DNA of 64,000 nt from Candidatus Latescibacterota bacterium (lineage in GTDB: Bacteria; Latescibacterota; UBA2968; GCA-2709665): positions 1,984,001-2,048,000 of the forward strand of contig OZ250150.1 in assembly GCA_965237675.1 (NCBI GenBank). Reading direction: 5' to 3'. Below, piece by piece: positions 52,022-60,136 of the stretch (position 1 is its first letter; each line of letters begins with the position of its first letter). Below the pieces are notes generated by a model. That model saw only the letters and a list, made by a program, of their open reading frames with translations, made no database searches and was not told where the DNA came from. A program made the translations under genes and the position numbers.

Positions 52022-53962
52022 ATGGATATGTCGTCGCCAATTAAACCCGAGCATACGTACGATCTGATCGACGTATCGGATGTGGATATCGCCGCGAACG
52101 GTTCGGCCCTTGTTTTCGTGCGGCAGGAGATCAACAGAGAGACGATGAAGCGGGAGTCGCGGATCGTAATGCAGTCGCTCGAGGACGGTGCTGCCGTCGA
52201 TGTGGCGAAGGGGCCGGGGGATGGGGCGCCCAGACTCTCGGCAGACGGGAAGACCCTGGCTTTTTTGCGTACGGGAGAGGATGACAAAGGGCAGGTCTGG
52301 GTGATGCAGGTCGATGGCGGGGATGCCAGACAGGTGACGACGCTTCCCGATGGGGTTAAGGATATGGCGTGGTCGCCCGATGGTTCGGAATTTGTCGTTG
52401 TATCACGGGTGGATCCGGATCGCGTGCCAAAAGACCCCGACGAGGAGACGATGCCGAGGACCCGGGTCGCCCGTCGCGTGCGATATCGTGATGATGGAGA
52501 TGGCTGGCGGGGTGACGCCTTTTCGCAGTTGTTTCTGGTGGATGCCGTGACCGGCCAGACGGAGCAGATTACGGATGGGGAGGGCAATCACGAGGCGCCG
52601 GCGTGGTCTCCCGACGGAAGCCGAATTGCATTTGTGACCGACAGCGTTAAGGAGCGCGATTTCGTGCGGGGTTCAGAGGCCCATGTGATGGAAAAGGCCG
52701 GTGGGACGTCGCGTTGCTGGTCGCGGGGACTGAGCCGTGCGGAGTCCGTGGCGTGGTCGCCGGATGGAAAGCGGCTGGCGGCTGCGGGTTCTCGCCACGC
52801 GGACGTCTGGGATTCAAGGCAATCGTGGCTGTTTGTGCTCGAGGAAGCCGGGAAGCCGGTGTGCGTGGCGGGTGATGTCCATACTGTTGTGCAGCCTCTT
52901 GCATCGCGGTGCTGGACGCCGAAGGGCGGGATATTGTTCATCGGTGACAGAGCGGGTGAGTCGTTCTTGTGCCGGGCGAATTTCGATGGGTCTGCCCCAC
53001 GGATCCAAGTTGTGGATGGCGGTGGCCAGGAATTTACGGGTTTGTCGGTCGATCGCACCGGCGCGCGTGTCGCGATGGCGATGTCCTCCCCCGCCTGTCC
53101 GTGCGATGTGGCGGTGCTGGAGGTGGGCGCGAAGCGTCAACGCGTGGTGACGGCTGCGAACGCCGGGCTCCTGGAGGCTTACCCCGGTGCGCGCGTGGAG
53201 AAGCTGATGTTCGAGCGGGGTGGCGAGAGGATTCAGGCGCGGGTGCTGTTTCCCAGGGATTTTGACAATGCGAGGTCATATCCGCTGGTGCTGGATATTC
53301 ACGGGGGACCGAACGGGCGTTTCTCGGATTCGTACGATGTCACGCATCAGATTCTGGCTGGCGCGGGGTATATCGTGCTGGCTGCGAATCCAAGGGGGTC
53401 GTCGTCGTACGGGCCGGATTTTCTGAAGGCGGTGCTGGGGGATTGGGGCGGGGAAGATTTCCTGGATCTGATGGCGGGCGTCGACCTGCTGTGTGAACGG
53501 CCCTACGTGGATTCGGACCGGTTGGGGGTTCACGGATACAGCTACGGCGGTTTTATGAGCAGCTGGATCGTCGGTCACGACCATCGGTTCAAGGCGGCAG
53601 TGATCGGTGCTCCGTGCATCAATTTGCACAGTATGTACGGGACGTCGGATATCGGGGTGTCGTTCGGAGAGAATCAGTGGGGTGGCTCGGTTCTGGAGAA
53701 CGTGGAAGCGCTTGTGAAACGGTCGCCGCTGACGTTTGCATCAGAGGTGCGTACGCCGGTGTTGCTGATGCACGGCGAGGAGGACTACCGCTGTCCGATC
53801 GAGCAGGCCGAGCAGTTTTTTGTCGCGCTGAAGCGACAGGGAAAGACCGTGGAGTTTGTGCGCTTTCCGAAGTCGTCCCACGGGTTCAGGAGGAGCGGAC
53901 ACCCGGCGCTGCACGTGGAATATCTCCAAAGGATGTTGTCGTGGTTGGAGAAGTACGTGTAG
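52022..53962 (+). CDS. S9 family peptidase (acylaminoacyl-peptidase-like)
   Basis: WSPDG propeller repeats, IHGGP, GYSYGG, HGEEDYRC, catalytic His in SSHG. Confidence 0.93.
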   Translation: MDMSSPIKPEHTYDLIDVSDVDIAANGSALVFVRQEINRETMKRESRIVMQSLEDGAAVDVAKGPGDGAPRLSADGKTLAFLRTGEDDKGQVWVMQVDGGDARQVTTLPDGVKDMAWSPDGSEFVVVSRVDPDRVPKDPDEETMPRTRVARRVRYRDDGDGWRGDAFSQLFLVDAVTGQTEQITDGEGNHEAPAWSPDGSRIAFVTDSVKERDFVRGSEAHVMEKAGGTSRCWSRGLSRAESVAWSPDGKRLAAAGSRHADVWDSRQSWLFVLEEAGKPVCVAGDVHTVVQPLASRCWTPKGGILFIGDRAGESFLCRANFDGSAPRIQVVDGGGQEFTGLSVDRTGARVAMAMSSPACPCDVAVLEVGAKRQRVVTAANAGLLEAYPGARVEKLMFERGGERIQARVLFPRDFDNARSYPLVLDIHGGPNGRFSDSYDVTHQILAGAGYIVLAANPRGSSSYGPDFLKAVLGDWGGEDFLDLMAGVDLLCERPYVDSDRLGVHGYSYGGFMSSWIVGHDHRFKAAVIGAPCINLHSMYGTSDIGVSFGENQWGGSVLENVEALVKRSPLTFASEVRTPVLLMHGEEDYRCPIEQAEQFFVALKRQGKTVEFVRFPKSSHGFRRSGHPALHVEYLQRMLSWLEKYV

Positions 53963-54216
53963 CTGAATGGGAACCCGGGCATTGTTACTTGAGGTAATGA
54001 CCGTGAATCAGAAATCGCAAAGTACGCATTTTTCAGCGTGGGCCGTGGATTACATCTGGCATTTCTGGATGGAACACTTCATCATTTGCCGAAAATGAAT
54101 GCCGGGGCGGTGGTGTTTCATCAGCGCGCTTGCGTGGAGGTCCACCTGGAGGGAGATACGTTTGTAGAAATCGTGGCGATCGCCGCGAAATAGGTGGCAT
54201 ATATGGTATACGAAAA

Positions 54217-55041
54217 ATGAGTGAAAGCAAGGTCGTTGAAAGAACCGAAACGCCTGCGACGATTGAATCGTTGCAGAAGGATCTCCGCGCGCTTGGCGTC
54301 AGACCGGGGATGGTCGTGTTGGCGCATTCATCCTTGAGCGCGACGGGATGGGTGTGCGGAGGAGCAGTAGCAGTAGTTACTGCTCTTCAGAGAGTCCTGG
54401 GATCGACCGGAACGCTCGTGATGCCTGCGCACTCGTCCGGTCTGAGTGAGCCGAGCAAGTGGGAAAGTCCGCCTGTGCCCGAGTCGTGGTGGCCGGTCAT
54501 ACGGGAGAACATGCCGGCCTATGATCCATCGGTTACGCCAACTCATTATATGGGCATTATCGCGGAGACATTCCGCAAGCAGAGAGGGGTTCTCCGCAGT
54601 TCACACCCGCAGGTCTCGTTTTGTGCGTGTGGGCCTCATGCATCGCATATTGTGAATGATCATTCATTGGCTTTCGGCCTGGGCGAGCATTCGCCGCTTG
54701 CGAGAATCTACGATTCGCACGGTTTTGTCCTTCTTCTTGGTGTGAGTCATAATGTGAATACATCCATGCACCTTGCGGAATACCGGGCGAATTTTCCAAC
54801 CAGGCGCATTGTGCAGGAGGGCGCTCCGATCTCTGCGTCGGGTTTAAGGAAATGGACTGCCTTTGAAGAAGTCGAACCGGATAGTTCGGATTTCGATCGC
54901 ATAGGTGAGGATTTTCTGGGGTCGGACACAGGGAAAATGGTGCGTGAGGGCAAGGTTGGTCTGGCGAGTTGCCAACTTATGCCGCAGCGCGATGTTTTGG
55001 ATTTCGCAGTCGGCTGGCTGGAGGAGAATAGACAGAAATGA
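54217..55041 (+). CDS. AAC(3)/YokD family N-acetyltransferase
   Basis: LAHSSLS, GTLVMPA, MGIIAETFR, RSSHPQVSF, SPLARIY, NTSMHLAE. Confidence 0.92.
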   Translation: MSESKVVERTETPATIESLQKDLRALGVRPGMVVLAHSSLSATGWVCGGAVAVVTALQRVLGSTGTLVMPAHSSGLSEPSKWESPPVPESWWPVIRENMPAYDPSVTPTHYMGIIAETFRKQRGVLRSSHPQVSFCACGPHASHIVNDHSLAFGLGEHSPLARIYDSHGFVLLLGVSHNVNTSMHLAEYRANFPTRRIVQEGAPISASGLRKWTAFEEVEPDSSDFDRIGEDFLGSDTGKMVREGKVGLASCQLMPQRDVLDFAVGWLEENRQK

Positions 55042-55310
55042 AACAGGTCGAACGAGACGTGGGCCGAGAGATTCTCGAAGGGCTTCGGGAACTCAAGCGC
55101 GGCGAACATGGCCGGGTAATCAATGTGCCGGATATCATCCGGATCCGGAAACAAGCCGGTCTGTCACAGGTTCACTTCGCCGAATTGCTGGGCGTATCGG
55201 TTCGAACACTGCAGGATTGGGAACAGGCGCGTCGTCGTCCATCGGGGGCCGCCCGTACACTGCTGCTGATCGCGGCCAGGAATCTTCAGGCGGTATTGGA
55301 CGTGGCGTAA
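55038..55310 (+). CDS. XRE HTH protein, orphan antitoxin-like
   Basis: GLSQVHFAELLGVSVRTLQDWEQARRRPSGAARTLL; no adjacent toxin. Confidence 0.85.
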   Translation: MKQVERDVGREILEGLRELKRGEHGRVINVPDIIRIRKQAGLSQVHFAELLGVSVRTLQDWEQARRRPSGAARTLLLIAARNLQAVLDVA

Positions 55311-55319
55311 GGAGACGTA

Positions 55320-55531
55320 GCCTCGAAGAAGACGCCCGGAACGGTCGCGTGGCAAACTTCGCAGCTCGAAGACACGCGCTGGAAGCCATAACGGGACACC
55401 AGTTGGCGGAGAGACCCCCCTTTGTACACGGAGACTCCCCCCATACGGACGCGCGGCGCGCTACGCGAGTGGACCTCGCACAGCGATGGGAGGAGTGGCT
55501 CAGCGAAACCCGGCCGGAAGGGCGGGTTTAA
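55320..55531 (+). pseudogene. Start-less C-terminal gene fragment, helical-repeat-like
   Basis: ARRHALEAITGH...DLAQRWEEWLSE..* reads like a protein C-terminus but has no start or RBS. Confidence 0.35.
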
Positions 55532-55542
55532 TCAAAAGGGCG

Positions 55543-56244
55543 TCATTCGATCACCACCAGCACGGCCTCTCCCTTCAAGAGCTCGCTGACCATGGTGATG
55601 TGGGTGCCGTCTGCGCTCAGGCTTACCGTATAGTCCTTTCCTTTTTTCAGCTTACCGGAACGGCCGATCAACTCCTTCAGCTTCTGTCCGGGGTGCAGGG
55701 TCAGACGCTCGCCGACGGCGAGGACATTGACCTTGTAATCTTCGTGTCCGGGTTTCTGGACCAGTTTGTATCCCTTGCGGAAGAAGCGCCAGCCTGTCTC
55801 CAGGAATCCGTCGGCCTTGAGACGATCCTCCGTGCCCACCACTACGCGCACCGCGTTCCTGGCCTGGTCGAGTTTCGCCTGTGTTCTTTCGATATTCCTG
55901 CCGGCCGCATCCAGATCCTGTGTCAGCTTCAAGGTGACGTCTCTCTGTTCGCGCAGGGCGGCGGTGAGGCTGTCCGACTCGGTGATAAGCCGGTCGATTT
56001 TTGCCGCGTCGACCTCCTTCTCCTCCTGTAGCTGGCTGATTGCTTTCTGCAGCTCTTCGTTCTTGCGACGGCGTTGCGCGGCTATGGAACGGTATTTTTT
56101 GACCTCCTTCTGGAGTTGCTGGTTTTTCTCATGCAAGAGCATTTCGAACTTGGTGAGGCTGTCGAGTTGAGACTTCAGAGTAACGAGTTCGGCCTGAGAA
56201 CTGCCTACCTCGTCTTCGAGCGAGTCGATGCTGGCTTCTTTCTG
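55543..56244 (-). pseudogene. Coiled-coil protein whose 5' part is lost at the group II intron site
   Basis: Heptad-rich QKEASIDSLEDEV... begins exactly at the intron boundary (56244/56245); the upstream ORF-track extension is antisense intron and dcd sequence. Confidence 0.7.
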
Positions 56245-56496
56245 GTGCGCCAGGCATGGCGCGAAGTGCCGGTGCAAGGTATCGGTGCTTTGAACCGGTA
56301 AGGGAAACCGAACCGGGAAGTGACTGGGAGGGTGAGAGTCCCTCCAGAGGCCGTGGTGACCGGAACCGGGGAGGCAGCGGCGGCACCGCGAGGGTCCCGG
56401 AACCCGGGCATCAAACGGACACGGCGCGCAACGGGAAAACCGATTGGCAGGCAGCCACACCGATGCCTGAATGGCTTGGCTTGAACCGCCGGATAC
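56245..56496 (+). mobile_element. Group II intron remnant (bacterial class C/E-like), internally deleted and cut in domain V
   Basis: 5' splice consensus GTGCG in GTGCGCCAGGCATGGCGC; domain I hairpin GGAGGG-TGAGAGT-CCCTCC; GAACCGCCGGATAC matches the start of domain V with a CGC triad. Confidence 0.75.
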
Positions 56497-56664
56497 TGGA
56501 CGCTGGAGATGTTCTGCATTCAGCCCGTCCGGATCTATCCGAACGTGGAAATCTGCCAGATTTACTACCATACTCTGGAAGGGGACTTCGAGACCTACGA
56601 AGGTGGAAAATACCAGAACAACAAGGGCATTCAACCCAGTCGCATGTATCTCGACTTCATCTGA
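56488..56664 (+). pseudogene. dcd: dCTP deaminase C-terminal fragment, 58 aa
   Basis: Not in the ORF track: AGYWTLEMFCIQPVRIYPNVEICQIYYHTLEGDFETYEGGKYQNNKGIQPSRMYLDFI*. Confidence 0.8.
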
Positions 56665-56755
56665 TGTATTTTTCAGGCTGAGGCGACGGGATGTGCGTAA
56701 CCGGGACGGCCGAATAGCTGGGGTTTGTTCGATATTTCAAGGATGGGATGTGATC

Positions 56756-57195
56756 GTGTTCACGATCGGTGTTTTCGGCATCATCACCGATGACAAGGAC
56801 CGCGTCCTGCTGTGTCACCGGCGTGACTTCGATCTGTGGAATTTGCCCGGTGGCGGCGTTGAGGCTGGCGAGAGTCCGTGTGGGATGCGCTCGTGCGGGA
56901 GATAGAAGAAGAAACGGGCTTGAAAGCGGTGCCAGTCAATCTCAGCGGCGTTTACAGCAAACCGAATAAGAACGAGATTGTATTGTCATTCTTTTGCCAG
57001 GTTACAGGAGGTGCGATCCAACTTACCGATGAGGCGGATCGGATCGAATACTTTAACCTGGATCGTATCCCGAGCAACACCTCCCCAAAGCAGGTTGAGC
57101 GCATCAAGGATTACTTTTCGGATAAGACAAGGACACATTACAAGGTACAAACTGGTCCTTCTGCTATTGAACTGATCAATCAGGGAAAGATGTGA
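56756..57195 (+). pseudogene. NUDIX hydrolase split by a 2-bp frameshift
   Basis: WNLPGGGVEAGESP in one frame and WDALVREIEEETGL in another; extra TG at 56879-56880. Confidence 0.85.
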
Positions 57196-57255
57196 GCAGA
57201 ACGCCCATTGCCCGGCATCGGGTCACTGCGGCGCGTCTCACCGGTCGACGATGAA

Positions 57256-57864
57256 ATGTCAGACATTCTGATCATTGGCGTTGCGATTATCCTGAGAGAG
57301 AAGAATGGCTTTCTCTTTGAACTCCAGAAGCCAGCGAAATGGAAGCGTAGGCGAGGCGGGGTCCTGGAGATCGGCATGAGCTGCATCGGCGGAACGGTGG
57401 AGGAAGGGGAGTCCCTCGAGGACGCCCTGCAGAGGGAGGCGATGGAAGAAATCGGCTGCCGGATCGCGTTCGATGGATCAACGCATCCCTTCTCGATGGA
57501 TCCGGGCGGCAGGATATCGCCGCTTCAGCCACGGAGCGTTCCGGATGGCGTGCAATTTGTGTGGGAAGGAAACGACCCGGGATATGTCCCGGGTGCGAAG
57601 GTGGCGGTGTACGTTGGCCATTCGATCGGGCGGGCGGAGCCTGGCGATCTTTCCGGCATTGTGAAGCTGGAGCCGGATCTTTTCTATGAACTTGCCACAC
57701 AGTCTCACACCATTGAGAGTCTGGAGCAGCGAGGCGGGAGCCTCCAGGAGCGGCGCAGAGTCCCACGGTTCGCGCACGTAAGACCAGTGGGAACGGCCGC
57801 CTGGCTTCTGGAACTGCGGAGGCGGCACCCTGAGTTGCTGAAACACGTTTTTGGGGAATCCTGA
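57256..57864 (+). CDS. NUDIX domain protein
   Basis: GGTVEEGESLEDALQREAMEEIG Nudix box. Confidence 0.85.
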   Translation: MSDILIIGVAIILREKNGFLFELQKPAKWKRRRGGVLEIGMSCIGGTVEEGESLEDALQREAMEEIGCRIAFDGSTHPFSMDPGGRISPLQPRSVPDGVQFVWEGNDPGYVPGAKVAVYVGHSIGRAEPGDLSGIVKLEPDLFYELATQSHTIESLEQRGGSLQERRRVPRFAHVRPVGTAAWLLELRRRHPELLKHVFGES

Positions 57865-57955
57865 TCCCGGTGTTGCCAACCCCCTTGTAGTACAACATTT
57901 AAACTTGGTCCGGCGCAGAACAGCAAACTCGGATATATCTGAAGATGTTGTATCC

Positions 57956-58145
57956 ATGAACGAAGTACACGAAGCCAACCGCCGGCTATGGAACAATATG
58001 GCCGCGGATTGGGAGGAACGTCTGAATCGCGACGGCCTTTGGCGCAGGTGCCACAGGGAACCCGAGTTGGCATTCGAAGGGGAGACGCTTGACACGATTC
58101 GGGAGATGGTCGGCGCCATGAGCAAGAGCAAGATCCGGATTGTAA
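57956..58145 (+). pseudogene. N-terminal fragment of a probable class I SAM methyltransferase
   Basis: MNEVHEANRRLWN...AADW start typical of this family; sequence breaks before the SAM-binding motif and runs into the REP-containing repeat. Confidence 0.5.
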
Positions 58146-58283
58146 TCCGTTCAAGCGTCGGATCCCCCATCCCGCGTAGGGGCAACCCTTGTGGTTGCCC
58201 TGGATTTCGTGGTGGTGTCTGTCGCTTATCGATGGGGCGGGCGCCCACAAGTCTTGCCCTCCAGTAGCGACTATTGCGAAAAA

Positions 58284-58709
58284 ATGAAGTCCCATAAATT
58301 TGCAGATTATACATACCCGGAAATCAAAGGCCATATTGGGGACGGGTGCCTGGCGATCGTAACCACGGGTTGCAAGGCTTGCCTTCCATCCCTCCCATAT
58401 CACGACATTTGGTGGCGTGTAGCTGATCCGGGCGTTCCAGGGGGTCACGCCGATAGTTTCACGACCTCGATTGCCATGTATAAGCGCCCGGCCACGGTCA
58501 GACTCGAAAGCATCCCTTCATACGGTTCAAGAGAAGTGAATTGGGATGATCCGCATCTCGATTTCACAGAATACTCAGATACGGGTGTTATCGGTGACGC
58601 GACCAGAGCGAGTGCTGAGTTGGGACGCAGGCTTTGGCATGAGGTCGTCTCCAGCGCGGCAACGACATTCAGGGATGCTATGACAAAGTCTGGATCGGAT
58701 CTGGTTTAA
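58284..58709 (+). pseudogene. Creatininase-family protein, internally deleted, copy 1
   Basis: LAIVTTGC joined directly to KACLPSLPYHD; GGHAD and GVIGDA..ASAELG retained; EQxGPHL and D motifs missing. Confidence 0.75.
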
Positions 58710-58738
58710 TCACAGCATTGTACGACGGGAGAATTCGA

Positions 58739-59347
58739 ATGAGTACATGGCGCGAATTGACCTTCCCGACCAGAACATTTGAGGACGCAATGCTCGTTAT
58801 CGAAGATGATCGCGCGAAAATCCTCGCCGATCCACTTCGCTGGCGGATTCTCGAAATCCTTGGAAACGGGAAGACTGTGGCGGAAATTTCGCAGGCGTTG
58901 GACGTTACCGATGCCAGGGTGCTGTACCACTTGAAACGACTGGCGCAAACAGGTGTCGCGCATTTGGAGGAAGATGATGCAGATCACCGGGAATGGCGTT
59001 GTGTGCCTGCGGCAGCGAAAATTCGCGTTCGGGAGACGCTGTCGGCGAATGACCAAATTGCTGAGGCGATGCCGACGGATGTTGTAAGCCAGTTCAATCA
59101 GGCATTTCGCGAAGCTGCCGAGGGCATATATGGCTCGAGATTCCAGATGTCAGTCAATCACAACCGCGCGCGACTTTCTGAAGATCAGGCATCCGAATTT
59201 GGCCGTCGATTATTGGCGCTTATTGAAGAATATTTCCCTCCGGGAAGAGGAGATAAATCGGGTATCAAGTACGGTTTCTACGGGATTCTCACGCCGATAG
59301 ACCTACATCCGCTCGAAGAATCTGAAACTGAGACGCTTGAAAATTAG
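58739..59347 (+). CDS. ArsR-like winged-helix regulator
   Basis: LADPLRWRILEIL..KTVAEISQALDV..VLYHLKRLAQTG. Confidence 0.85.
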   Translation: MSTWRELTFPTRTFEDAMLVIEDDRAKILADPLRWRILEILGNGKTVAEISQALDVTDARVLYHLKRLAQTGVAHLEEDDADHREWRCVPAAAKIRVRETLSANDQIAEAMPTDVVSQFNQAFREAAEGIYGSRFQMSVNHNRARLSEDQASEFGRRLLALIEEYFPPGRGDKSGIKYGFYGILTPIDLHPLEESETETLEN

Positions 59348-59583
59348 AGAGTAATGAAGAGGGCGAATCCCCGTGTGGGATTGCCGATCTGGTTAACGGT
59401 CGCCGAAACAACGACGTAAAAAGGGTTGAATCCGGAGCTTGCGCCTTTCCAGCGTCGGATTCCCCCGTCCCGCGTAGGGGCAACCCTTGTGGTTGCCCTG
59501 GGTTTCGTGGCGGCGCCTGGTGTGTCGTTGAGGGGGCGGGCGCCCACAAGGGGCGCCCCTACAATCAAAACTCATGCGGAAAA

Positions 59584-60054
59584 ATGAAGTCCCACAAGTT
59601 CACAGACTATACATACCTGGAAATTAAGGACCTTATTGCGGCAGGTTGCCTGGCGATCGTACCCACGGGATGCACCGAGCAACAGGGCCCGCATTTGCCG
59701 GTGGATTTCGACACCTGGTTTGCAGAAACCGTTGCCCTGGAGGCCGCAAAGCACGCGTTGCCATATCATGACATTTGGTGCCGTGTAGCCGATTCCGGTG
59801 TTCCCGGTGGTCACGCCGATAGTTTCACAACCTCAATTGCCATGTACAAGCGACCGGCCACAGTCAGACTCGAATGCATCCCTTCGTCCAGTTCAAGAGA
59901 AGTGAATTGGAATGATCCACATCTCGATTTCACGAAATACTCCGATACCGGCGTTATCGGCGATGCGACGAAAGCGAGTGCGGAGTTGGGACGCAGGCTC
60001 TGGGATGAGGTTATATTGACCGCGGCGACGATATTCAGAGATGCACTGGTATAA
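59584..60054 (+). pseudogene. Creatininase-family protein, internally deleted, copy 2
   Basis: PTGCTEQQGPHLPVDFD present, then EAAKHA joined to LPYHD; 156 aa versus about 250 aa typical of the family. Confidence 0.75.
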
Positions 60055-60136
60055 TGGATGATCTGGTTAAATCAGAACCCTAACGATCAGTCGTCCTTAT
60101 GGGTTCCAACTGCAGTAAGCCCCAGGAGAGGCGAAA

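Larger units (their letters stand above)
58154..60074 (+). repeat. Diverged direct duplication (58154-58713 and 59451-60074) flanking an HTH gene
   Basis: Both units read AGCGTCGGAT, REP pair, GAAAAATGAAGTCCCA-like start, creatininase, GATCTGGTT. Confidence 0.85.

Noticed and set aside
55543-56634. 363-aa ORF as a single real gene
   Set aside because: Its N-terminal third is antisense intron and dcd sequence; only 55543-56244 is native coding sequence
58154-60074. CRISPR array suggested by the repeated 25-mer
   Set aside because: Copies are 1.3 kb and more than 30 kb apart, REP-like, with no regular spacers or cas genes
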